Source: Bacillota bacterium
GTDB lineage: Bacteria > Acidobacteriota > Holophagae > Holophagales > Holophagaceae
Assembly: GCA_021287085.1 (NCBI GenBank)
Contig: JAJTBC010000045.1
Location: 1 to 47,247, forward strand
Reading direction: 5' to 3'
DNA: 47,247 bases
Under the pieces are notes generated by a model, which worked only from the letters and a program-made list of their open reading frames with translations, did no database searches and had not been told where the DNA came from. This document shows, in pieces, positions 1 to 8,115 of the stretch. The translations under genes and the position numbers were made by a program. Positions within the stretch are counted from its first letter, which is position 1. Every line of letters starts with the position of its first letter.

Positions 1-16
1 GGCCCTGGAGTGATCC

Positions 17-661
17 ATGCTCGTCTTTCTCAACACCATGATGTTCGCCTTCCTGGCGCTTTTCCCCATCCTGAATCCCCCTGCCATGGCACCGGTATTC
101 CTGCAGTTGACGGCGGGGGTGAAGGATTCCCAGCGCAACCATCTGGCGGGCCTCATCGGCTTCTACACCTTTCTGTTCCTCACGGGCCTGCTGCTGGTGG
201 GCGGCTGGCTACTGAAGCTCCTGGGCATTTCCATTCCCGTCATCGCCATTGCGGGCGGTTTGCTGCTCTTCCATAGCGCCTGGCGCATGCTCAACAAGAA
301 TCCCAAGCTCAGCGAATCGGAAAAGGCCGAACTGCAAACCTACATGCTGGATAAGGCCTTCTTTCCGCTCACGCTGCCCGTGACCGCCGGTCCTGGCGCC
401 ATGGCTGTGACGCTCAGCCTCGTGCCCTCCGGCGCTATCACCAATCCCCACACGCTGCTGAAATTCCTGGCTGTCACCTGCGGCATCGGCATGGCCGCCA
501 CCACGGTGTTCATCTTCTACCGCTATTCCTCCAAGGTGCTGAACCGCATGGGGCCCACGGGCACGGCCACCATCAGCCAGATTTCGGCCTTCGTGCTGCT
601 GGCCATCGGGGTGCAGATCGTGTGGGGTGGCGTGAAAGAGCTGATTCTCACCCTGATGTGA
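17..661 (+). CDS. MarC family (UPF0056) integral membrane protein
   Basis: ATG at 17. The 214-aa ORF has multiple hydrophobic helices. The N-terminal 'ALFPILNPPAMAPVFLQLT' motif is typical of the MarC family. Confidence 0.8.
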   Translation: MLVFLNTMMFAFLALFPILNPPAMAPVFLQLTAGVKDSQRNHLAGLIGFYTFLFLTGLLLVGGWLLKLLGISIPVIAIAGGLLLFHSAWRMLNKNPKLSESEKAELQTYMLDKAFFPLTLPVTAGPGAMAVTLSLVPSGAITNPHTLLKFLAVTCGIGMAATTVFIFYRYSSKVLNRMGPTGTATISQISAFVLLAIGVQIVWGGVKELILTLM

Positions 662-765
662 CGAAGCCTCGCTGGTTCGCAGCCCTCGAGTCTCGGTTCG
701 GGTTTTCCGGGGATTGTGAAGAAGCTGGCGCCGCGGGAGTTTCGGGACTAGGATGCTCGGGAACC

Positions 766-789
766 GCCGGATCCGTGTCCGGCTTTTGT
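766..789 (+). terminator. Weak candidate intrinsic terminator after the MarC-family gene
   Basis: GCCGGA-N6-TCCGGC hairpin (766-783) followed by TTTTGT. The stem is only 6 bp. Confidence 0.3.
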
Positions 790-802
790 CTGGAGATCCC
801 TC

Positions 803-1099
803 ATGAAGTTCGCTCCCATCGCTCTTGTGCTTTGCGCCAGTTTCGCCCTCGTGGCCCAGCCCAAGCCCGCTGCGCCCAAACCCGCTCCGGCTCCCGCCGC
901 TCCCACCACTCCGGCCAAGCCTGCGCCTCAGCCTCTTCCCACCGCCACGGGCATTGTGGGCAACAAGGATTCCAAGGTCTATCACAACGCCAATTGCCGC
1001 TTGGCTTCCAAGATGAAGCCCGAACACAAGACCACCTTCGCCAGCAAAGCCGAAGCCGAAAAGGCCGGCTACAAGGCCTGCAAGGTGTGCAAGCCGTAA
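803..1099 (+). CDS. Small secreted protein with C-terminal Ada-like His/Cys zinc-ribbon ('sunset'-type) domain
   Basis: Signal peptide MKFAPIALVLCASFALVAQ, then a Pro/Ala/Lys-rich linker. C-terminal 'SKVYHNANC...AGYKACKVCKP' gives an H-x4-C...C-x2-C ligand pattern. Confidence 0.75.
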   Translation: MKFAPIALVLCASFALVAQPKPAAPKPAPAPAAPTTPAKPAPQPLPTATGIVGNKDSKVYHNANCRLASKMKPEHKTTFASKAEAEKAGYKACKVCKP

Positions 1100-1115
1100 C
1101 ACGTCGCTCCACGCC

Positions 1116-1156
1116 GCGCCCAGAGTTCCTTTTGGAGCCTGGGCGCTTCGTTCTTT
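1116..1156. terminator. Intrinsic terminator between convergent genes
   Basis: GCGCCCAG (1116-1123) pairs with CTGGGCGC (1139-1146), with extra pairing inside the loop. It is followed by T-rich TTCGTTCTTTCT on the + strand. It lies between the stops of 803-1099 (+) and the nucleoside transporter (-). Confidence 0.6.
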
Positions 1157-2590
1157 CTACGTCAGCACGCCCGCGATGCACGCGGAAAGGAAGTTGGCGA
1201 GGGTGCCCGCCAGCATGGCGCGCAGGCCCAGGCGGGCCAGGTCGCCGCGTCGCTCGGGAATCAACGCGCCGATGCCGCCGATCTGGATGGCGATGCTGGA
1301 GAAATTGGCAAAACCACACAGGGCGAAGGTGGCGATGAGCTTGGCCTTGGCGCTGAGAGCGGTCATCTGACCCAGTTCGATGAAGGCCACGAATTCGTTG
1401 ATGACCATGCGCTTGCCCAGCAGTGCGCCGATGGTGCCGGATTCGCTCCAGGGCACGCCCATGAGGAAGGCGAAGGGCTTGAACACGTAAGCCAGGATGG
1501 CCTCCATGGTGATGGCGGGATGGATGGCCTTCAGCAATCCGTTCACCAGCGCCACCAGGGCGATGAAGGCGATGAGCATCACGGCCACGTTGAAGGCCAA
1601 CTGACCGCCTTCCCCCGCGCCCCGCGCAGCGGCATCCAGGATGTTGGCGTCGGTGCGGGGAATGTCCACCTGGATCTCGCCGCTGGTTTCGGGAATCTCC
1701 GTTTCGGGTTCCAGGATCTTCGCCATCATGATGGCGCCGGGAGCGGTCATGATGACCGCCGTGAGCAGATGCACGATGTCCACGCGGGCGATCTGCACGT
1801 AGGCCACCATGATGGAGCCGGAAACATGCGCCATGCCTGCGGTCATGATGACCATCAGTTCGCTGCGGGTGAATTTGGCGAGGTAAGGCCGGATGGTGAG
1901 GGGCGCTTCGGTCTGGCCCATGAGGATGGAGGCCGCCACGCTCACGCTCTCCGCGCCGGACACCTTCAGCAATCGGCCCATGGCCCGGGCGCAGGCGCCC
2001 ACCACCCACTGCATCACGCCCAGGTAGTAGAGCACCGCGAAGATGCTGGCCACGAAGATGATGGTGGGCAGCACCACGAACGCGAAGACCATGCCCAGCT
2101 TGCCGATGGGCGTGCCGCCGGGGCCCATCACCGCCGCCCCTGCGCCGTGGGCCAAGTCGCCGAAGACGAAGCTGGCGCCGGCCTTGGCGAAATCCATGAG
2201 ATGTTCCACCACCTGCCGCATGCGGTCGAAGCTCTTGCCCACGAGGTTGCCCCAAAGCAGGCCGAAGGCGACGATCCCAACGATGGCCCAGTTGAGGCGC
2301 TTGTCCTGGAAATTCGCGAAACGGCGCAGCAGCATGGGGGTGAACATGAGCAGCACCAGCACCCAGCCCAGGCCGAAGTAGCGCGGCCCCACGTGAATGC
2401 CGGGCCAGGGAAGCACATGCTGAAGGCCCGTGGCGATCACGTCGCCCTTGAGCACCACCACGGCGAAGATCCATTGCAGCGCCATGGCCCAGCCCATGGT
2501 CTTCCAGTGGATGGCTTTCCGGTTGCGGGAAAGCGCCAGCGCCAGCCCGATAAAAGCCACAATGCCCAACAGACCCATGAAGCGAGCCAC
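1157..2590 (-). CDS. nupC: NupC/NupG-family concentrative nucleoside transporter (CNT)
   Basis: The 477-aa polytopic membrane ORF resembles CNT-family transporters along its length, e.g. C-terminal 'FALCGFANFSSIAIQIGGIGALIPERR'. GTG start at 2590 lies 4 nt after an AGGAGG Shine-Dalgarno. The symbol is family-level only. Confidence 0.85.
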   Translation of the reverse strand: MARFMGLLGIVAFIGLALALSRNRKAIHWKTMGWAMALQWIFAVVVLKGDVIATGLQHVLPWPGIHVGPRYFGLGWVLVLLMFTPMLLRRFANFQDKRLNWAIVGIVAFGLLWGNLVGKSFDRMRQVVEHLMDFAKAGASFVFGDLAHGAGAAVMGPGGTPIGKLGMVFAFVVLPTIIFVASIFAVLYYLGVMQWVVGACARAMGRLLKVSGAESVSVAASILMGQTEAPLTIRPYLAKFTRSELMVIMTAGMAHVSGSIMVAYVQIARVDIVHLLTAVIMTAPGAIMMAKILEPETEIPETSGEIQVDIPRTDANILDAAARGAGEGGQLAFNVAVMLIAFIALVALVNGLLKAIHPAITMEAILAYVFKPFAFLMGVPWSESGTIGALLGKRMVINEFVAFIELGQMTALSAKAKLIATFALCGFANFSSIAIQIGGIGALIPERRGDLARLGLRAMLAGTLANFLSACIAGVLT

Positions 2591-2612
2591 GGTTCCTCCT
2601 ACGCAGGGGAGT

Positions 2613-2972
2613 TCAGAGTTCCTTGTTCAGCGCCTCGATGGCCTTGCCCATTTCGAAGCGAGCGCGGCCCAGGATGCCGTGGCGGTGCATGACCACCACC
2701 AGCGAACACTGTTCCTGGGCGCCCATCATGAGAATCCAGTGCTGATTGGTGCAGAAGGCCACCTGTTCCACGTCGCCCTTGTCGAAATCTTCCACGGCCT
2801 GTTGCAGGTGGCGCTTCACCACGTTGCGGTAGGCGCCCAGCAGCTGCAGGGCATCGTTGGGCACCTCGATGGTGCGTGCGCAGATGGCGTCCCCATCGCG
2901 GTCGTTGAACGTGACGGCGATGGCTTCGGGAATGCGCTCGATCAGACGATCCAGAATGTCCTGGAAAACCAT
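2613..2972 (-). CDS. Roadblock/LC7 (MglB-like) domain protein
   Basis: About 119 aa from the ATG at 2972, with GGAG 7 nt upstream; the ORF-track start at 2990 is a TTG. The sequence 'MVFQDILDRLIERIPEAIAVTFNDRDGDAI...' has Roadblock-like size and pattern. The stop is 22 nt from the nupC start, so co-transcription is likely. Confidence 0.65.
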   Translation of the reverse strand: MVFQDILDRLIERIPEAIAVTFNDRDGDAICARTIEVPNDALQLLGAYRNVVKRHLQQAVEDFDKGDVEQVAFCTNQHWILMMGAQEQCSLVVVMHRHGILGRARFEMGKAIEALNKEL

Positions 2973-3036
2973 GGGGCTGCTCCAAAGCAAGGTGAACTCA
3001 TGATGCGCCCTTGGACGCTGAAGATCCAGCGCGAGG

Positions 3037-3732
3037 TCACTTCTTCCCGAAAAGGGCCTTGAAGTCGGCGATGGCCACGGGATCGCCTTCGCGCTGGAGA
3101 GGGCCTAGGAATTCCTGGGGATCGCGCTCGGCGAATTCGCCGAAGGTGGCCACGTTGCCGTTGATGTAGGCGATGAATTCATCCTGGCGACCGCGCACGT
3201 AGCCTCGAAAAGGCTTGGAGAAGAAGCCCAGCAGGGCGGAATCCAGCTTCGTCCAGGTCTGGAGGTGGGATTCAAAGCCGTTGGGACCATCCCAGTAGCG
3301 GTACACGGTGACCATGCGTGCGCCCACGGCCGGGGAGAGGCTTTTGAGGCGCCCTGCGTCCGCCTGGCCTTCCACCAAGTAGATCCGCAGGCCCGGTTGG
3401 CGCAGCAGCAGCCGCAGCGTGCCGCGCAGGCCTCGGGAATCGTCGATGGACCACGATCCGTCCGCGTGAACCTGGGCGCAGAAGGACGGCACGAACTGGC
3501 AGTAGCGCCACATGGCGGCGCCCAGCCGGGGATGGTCGAAGAGCTTCTCCATGGTCGCCACCTTCACCCGCTTGGGCTGGGTGCGGGTCTGGAAGGCGAA
3601 ATCCGCGCGAGTGACGACTTCCCGCGCTTCTTCGCGGAAGCCCGGCGGCAGCTTTTCGAAGGGCACCTGGGCCATGGCCCCGACCCCTGAAAACAACCCT
3701 AACCCCAGGAAGCAGGTCAAAAGAACGCGCAT
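3037..3732 (-). CDS. Secreted hypothetical protein
   Basis: The 231-aa ORF has a signal peptide (MRVLLTCFLGLGLFSGVGAMAQ). No motif was recognised. Codon pattern is consistent with coding. Confidence 0.65.
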   Translation of the reverse strand: MRVLLTCFLGLGLFSGVGAMAQVPFEKLPPGFREEAREVVTRADFAFQTRTQPKRVKVATMEKLFDHPRLGAAMWRYCQFVPSFCAQVHADGSWSIDDSRGLRGTLRLLLRQPGLRIYLVEGQADAGRLKSLSPAVGARMVTVYRYWDGPNGFESHLQTWTKLDSALLGFFSKPFRGYVRGRQDEFIAYINGNVATFGEFAERDPQEFLGPLQREGDPVAIADFKALFGKK

Positions 3733-3813
3733 GCCATCACGCTACCCGCTCCCAGGGAGAGAAGAAAGGCCGAAGCTTATCCCTTCCGCTCTCGGAGCCG
3801 AAAAGAAACTCGC

Positions 3814-6492
3814 ATGACGATCCAGCCGCGAGACCTCCCCCGTACCCCTCTGGACGCCCTCCGTGCCCAGCTCAACGCCTTTGCGGAGGGTGATGCCGCT
3901 TTTCCGCTTCACCTGAGTGCGGCGGTCCAGGCCCTGCGCCGCCAGGCCTTGCCGGTGCTAGGGGCGGTGCTGAAAGACGGTTCCCGGCCCAAGGGGCTGC
4001 GTCGGGCCGTGCTTTCCTTGGTGGCCCGGTTCGATTGGCCCCAATGGACGCCTCATCTGCTGGATGCCCTGAAGGCGGAGAAGGAATTGAGCGTCTTCGA
4101 CCAAGGGTGTGAAGCGCTGGGGACGCTGGCCGTGCGCGAAGCCTTCCAGTCCCTGGAAAGCCTCCATGCCTTGCGGACCGAGGGCAGTTTTCGGCTGATC
4201 GTGGATCGCGAGCTGGCGGCTTATCGTTCGCCCCATGCCTTTGTCCACCATCTGGCCAGGGTTCTGGAAGGTTCGGAGAACGCACATCTGGCCCATCAAG
4301 GGGCGCGTTTCCTGGCGGCCCAGGTCGATGAATCCCATCTTTCGGATCTGGCCGAAGCCTATGCGGGAGGCGACGCGCTTTCGAGATCCCTGCTGCTGCG
4401 GCTGCTGGCGGGCATTCCCGGGGAGGGCGCCACGGCCCTCCTGGTGGATTTGGCGCGTCGTATTTCCAAGGAGATCCAGGCCAACGAAGCGCTGGCGGAG
4501 ATTTTGCGAGGTCTCCAGCATCTGCCCCGCAGCTCCGTTCGGGAAGAAATGCGAAAACGCGTGGTCGAACGATTCCAGACAAGACTTCCCAGGGAGACGC
4601 GAAACCTGGAGGAAGCCGACGCGAACCTTCCCGAGAACGACAAGATCGCCTTGATGGAAGCCTTCAAGGCCCACGCCCAGGACCAGAGCGAAGCCTTCCT
4701 GGTGGAATCCATGGGGCTGCTGTTGGACAACAAGCTGGCCCGATTCTCCGTGTACCACTCCGAACAGCTTGAAACGGCCGAACGTCGGGGAGCCGCCCTG
4801 CGCACGGATCTGGATCATATGGCCGAAGCCATGGTGCACCGTGTCTCCCTGGGATTCGTGGATCGGCTCAAGGCCCTGAATGCGCTGAAGGGTCCTTGCG
4901 ATCGCAAGCAGGGTAGCGAGGGACTCTTCCGGGTGCTTCTCGAACTGCTGCCCGCCCAGGAGACGGTCCTTTTGGACCAGGTGCTTCAGGGGGACGATCT
5001 CCGCAGACGTCTGCAGGCCCTGGAGATCCTTGGCAACCGCGAGGACAACGAGCTGACGCCTTTCTTCCTCAAGGCCATGCAGGATTCCATCGTGGACGTG
5101 GGGCAGCTGGCGGGCCGTTTCGTGCTTCGGCTGCCCGATGGTCTGCCTGCGCTCATGGCGCAATTCCATTCGGAACAGCCTGAACAGGTGCGGCGCGCCA
5201 TCCGGGCCTTCGGCGAGAACCTTACCCAGGAGGCCGCCGAGCCGCTGCTGCGCTTCATCCAGGGCGATCCCAAGGACGATCTGCTGGTGGAAGCGGTGGA
5301 GGCCCTGGGGGATCTGCGGCATGCCCCGGCTTTGAATACGCTGCTGGAGCCCCTGCATGATGGCAAGCCTCTGGCGCTGCAGTTGGCGCTGGTACGGGCG
5401 CTGGCATTGCTGGCATTGCCGGAAGCCTCCCTGGGATTGCTGAAGAAGGCTCCGAACCTGAAGCATCCCGAAGTACTCATCCTGTGCCTGGAAGGGGCGC
5501 TCACGGCATTTCCGGGCTTCGCTCAACCTTTGCCCGTCGAGCATCTGGAGGCCTTGCTGGCCTTGATGGAGCGTTGCTGTGACGAGCGGGAAGGAGAGGG
5601 CCAGCACCTGCCCGCCATTCTCGCCATGCGCGATCTGTACGTGTTCGACGCAAAAGCCTATTCGCATCTGAAGGACCGCCTGGGGGATTTCCTTTTCGAC
5701 ATGCGTGCCAAGGAGAACTGGGAACCGGCCAACAACGAGCGGGTCGCAGCGGTCGTGAAGGAGATGGATCGACGCAGCGAGAACCTGACGTTGCTGGCTC
5801 GAAAAGAAAAGGAAATCCAGGCGTTGGCGCAGCAGCTCGAGCAGAGCGATCCCGTTCGCCTGGAAGACCTTCAGGCCCTGAAAAACGCCTTGGCTGATCC
5901 CGATCTCATTCTGCGTGGCGAAGTGGCCGTTCGCCTGGCCCAGCTGGTGGAGAAAGTGCTGGCGAAAAAGCCCAGCGACTGGAGGCAGTCGGCCTGTCTG
6001 TGCGAGATTGGAGGCTTTCTGGGACAAAAGACCCTGGTAGAGCCGATTCGCGCCGTGCATGCACACAGCAAGAGCCTGGGCCTGCGGAGCGCTTCCCGCA
6101 AGGCGTTGAAGGATCTCGGCCTCAGCGAAGCAGAGATCGACCGCAAGCTGCCCGTCGAGCGCATCCTTCTGCTGGAGCCCAGCACGTTCTTCCGCAAGCG
6201 TCTGGTGGCGGCCCTCGGCGGGCGATGGCAGGTGCAGGAGGCGGCGGATCGCGCCCAGGCGGAAGCGTTGCTGCAGACGCAGCCTGTGGACCTGCTCCTT
6301 TCGGAAACCAGGGATGGGCAAGGCGATCTTCGGGCCTGGATCGAGTCCCAGTGGGGGCAGGGGCGCTGCCGCACCGTGATCCTTTCCGCAGCCCAGCGCG
6401 AGGCCATCGCGGAAGCGCCCTGGCTCGAAGCTGCGCTCTTCAAGCCCTATCCCATGGAGCAGCTTTTGCAGATTCTGGCGCCGGACGCCTGA
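3814..6492 (+). CDS. HEAT/ARM-like helical repeat protein with C-terminal degenerate response-regulator receiver domain
   Basis: The 892-aa Leu/Ala/Glu/Arg-rich helical ORF has repeated LLxALxD-type HEAT-like segments. The last ~110 aa (6160-6489) align to a CheY-like fold: 'ILLLEPS' (beta1), 'DLLLSE' (beta3, Glu at the Asp57 position), 'VILSAA' (Ser at the T87 position) and 'LFKPY' (the K109-Pro motif). Confidence 0.7.
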   Translation: MTIQPRDLPRTPLDALRAQLNAFAEGDAAFPLHLSAAVQALRRQALPVLGAVLKDGSRPKGLRRAVLSLVARFDWPQWTPHLLDALKAEKELSVFDQGCEALGTLAVREAFQSLESLHALRTEGSFRLIVDRELAAYRSPHAFVHHLARVLEGSENAHLAHQGARFLAAQVDESHLSDLAEAYAGGDALSRSLLLRLLAGIPGEGATALLVDLARRISKEIQANEALAEILRGLQHLPRSSVREEMRKRVVERFQTRLPRETRNLEEADANLPENDKIALMEAFKAHAQDQSEAFLVESMGLLLDNKLARFSVYHSEQLETAERRGAALRTDLDHMAEAMVHRVSLGFVDRLKALNALKGPCDRKQGSEGLFRVLLELLPAQETVLLDQVLQGDDLRRRLQALEILGNREDNELTPFFLKAMQDSIVDVGQLAGRFVLRLPDGLPALMAQFHSEQPEQVRRAIRAFGENLTQEAAEPLLRFIQGDPKDDLLVEAVEALGDLRHAPALNTLLEPLHDGKPLALQLALVRALALLALPEASLGLLKKAPNLKHPEVLILCLEGALTAFPGFAQPLPVEHLEALLALMERCCDEREGEGQHLPAILAMRDLYVFDAKAYSHLKDRLGDFLFDMRAKENWEPANNERVAAVVKEMDRRSENLTLLARKEKEIQALAQQLEQSDPVRLEDLQALKNALADPDLILRGEVAVRLAQLVEKVLAKKPSDWRQSACLCEIGGFLGQKTLVEPIRAVHAHSKSLGLRSASRKALKDLGLSEAEIDRKLPVERILLLEPSTFFRKRLVAALGGRWQVQEAADRAQAEALLQTQPVDLLLSETRDGQGDLRAWIESQWGQGRCRTVILSAAQREAIAEAPWLEAALFKPYPMEQLLQILAPDA

Positions 6493-6650
6493 GGCGCGGG
6501 AGTCGCCGATTCCTGTCTGGGGGCTCTCTCCGAATCATTACAAACTCTTTACAGCTTCAGGACGCGGCGCGATTAAACTTGTTCCAACGGAAAGCCTTTC
6601 CCTGCGATACCTGAGTGCGCTTGATGCATTCATCCTTCCTTGAGGCCCCC

Positions 6651-8114
6651 ATGTTCCTGCCCCAGTCCTGGATGTTTCGGATCCGCCCGGCCGCGATGGT
6701 CTGCCTGGCGACCTTCACCCTGGGCGCGCAGGAAAGCTCCCTGGCGGAGCGCCTCTACGTGTCCGGTGATCGCGCCTACGCTCGCAAGGCCTACACGGAA
6801 GCCCTGGAGACCTGGAACCAATTGCTGTCCCAGGCCCCCCAGTCGCCTTTCGCCGCCCAGGCCTTGGTGCGCTTGGCCCGGCATCAGATGGAGCAGGAGC
6901 GCAAGCCCGAAGCCGCGCTGCCTTTCCTGGAACGACTGAAGAACGAGCACATCAAGACGCCCTGGGCTGCCGAAGGCATGTTGATGCGCGGCCGCATCCT
7001 CATGGACCAGGCCCGGAAACCCCAGGACTTGCGCGAAGCCATGGGGGAGTTCAACCGTCTGGCCGATCTCTTTCCCGATCATCCGGCGCTTCCCGAGGCG
7101 CGCTACCGGCTAGGCTTGGCCTATGAGATGCAGGGCCAATGGAGCCGGGCGCTCCAGCACCACCTCGAAGCCCTGAGGCTGGATCCGACCTTTGCCCTGG
7201 CCCCGGCGGCGCACCTTCGGGCGGCGGAAGTGATGGACATCCTGGGCGATCTGCCTGGATGCCTGCGAACGCTTCAGGAGCTGCGCCTGCGCTACCCGCA
7301 GAGTTCTGAAGCCAAGGAAGCTCAGTGGCGTCTGGCCGTGAGGGTCAAGCATCGCCTCCAGAAACCGGTCCTGACGTCGGAAGGCCCCTGGCCCAACGGC
7401 AAGACGAAGTGGCTCAAAACGCCCACGCTGCTGGCCGTCGGTCCTCGCGGCGACCTGTTCATCTACCAGGACGACCGGGACCAGGCCTTTCGCCTGGAAG
7501 GAGCGGATGCGGTCGCGGTGGGGCCGCTGGTGAAAAACGCCAAGGCCCTGACGGTGATGGCCGATGGCCAGCTTGCGCTCCTCAGCGCCAAGAACGGCAT
7601 CACTCACGCCAGCACCGTGCCCGTGGCGGGGCTTTCCTATCCCACGGGGCTTTTCCAGGACGGATGGCAAGGCTTCTGGGTGAGCGATGCCAAGAATGCC
7701 GCGTTGACGCTGGTGGGGGCCGATGGCGCCACGCGCACGCTGCCCTCTCCTGCAGCCACGGCCATGGCAAGCCTGCCCACCGGCGGCGCGGTGGTGGCTT
7801 CCGACGCCAACCGCAGCCTGCTTTTCCTGGATGCCACTGGCCAACCCAAGCTCACGGTGCCCTACGGCAAGGATCTGCCTGCGCCATTCCGGTCGGTGCT
7901 TTCCCTGGCCTCCGATCCCACGGGCCACGTGGCGGCCATCGTGGAGGGCCCGTTCGAAGGCGTGGTGCTCTGGGGGCCTGATGGCGCGCTGCTGCGGTTC
8001 GCCGCTTTCAAGACCCTGGGCCTCAACGGGCGTTTCCGCGCCATCGCGCTGGACCGCACGGGAGGCGTCATTCTCGCCGACCGCTCCAACGATCTGCTGA
8101 TCCGCTTGAACTGA
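6651..8114 (+). CDS. Secreted TPR (BamD/YbgF-like) plus NHL-type beta-propeller repeat protein
   Basis: The ORF is open from 6615 (GTG). I prefer the ATG at 6651, which has GAGG 5 nt upstream and then gives a signal-like 'MFLPQSWMFRIRPAAMVCLATFTLGAQ'. The N-terminal half has TPR-like helices ('YPQSSEAKEAQWRLAV'). The C-terminal half has repeated 'G.V.VAD..N..L' NHL-like blades. Confidence 0.75.
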   Translation: MFLPQSWMFRIRPAAMVCLATFTLGAQESSLAERLYVSGDRAYARKAYTEALETWNQLLSQAPQSPFAAQALVRLARHQMEQERKPEAALPFLERLKNEHIKTPWAAEGMLMRGRILMDQARKPQDLREAMGEFNRLADLFPDHPALPEARYRLGLAYEMQGQWSRALQHHLEALRLDPTFALAPAAHLRAAEVMDILGDLPGCLRTLQELRLRYPQSSEAKEAQWRLAVRVKHRLQKPVLTSEGPWPNGKTKWLKTPTLLAVGPRGDLFIYQDDRDQAFRLEGADAVAVGPLVKNAKALTVMADGQLALLSAKNGITHASTVPVAGLSYPTGLFQDGWQGFWVSDAKNAALTLVGADGATRTLPSPAATAMASLPTGGAVVASDANRSLLFLDATGQPKLTVPYGKDLPAPFRSVLSLASDPTGHVAAIVEGPFEGVVLWGPDGALLRFAAFKTLGLNGRFRAIALDRTGGVILADRSNDLLIRLN

Positions 8115-8115
8115 G

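Noticed and set aside
2613-2972. Calling the Roadblock gene part of an MglA/MglB polarity module linked to the type IV pilus genes in the window.
   Set aside because: No Ras-like GTPase is present in the window, and the pil genes are over 30 kb away. Only the domain-level call is supported.
3958-6321. 787-aa ORF on the minus strand opposite the HEAT-repeat gene. Similar long antisense ORFs lie at 11098-13599, 39551-42013, 15971-18685, 29897-31984, 801-2474 and 18015-19556.
   Set aside because: These are typical shadow ORFs of a high-GC genome. Their translations are Arg/Gly/Pro/His-rich and low-complexity, and lack any motif. Each overlaps a sense-strand gene with clear family signatures.
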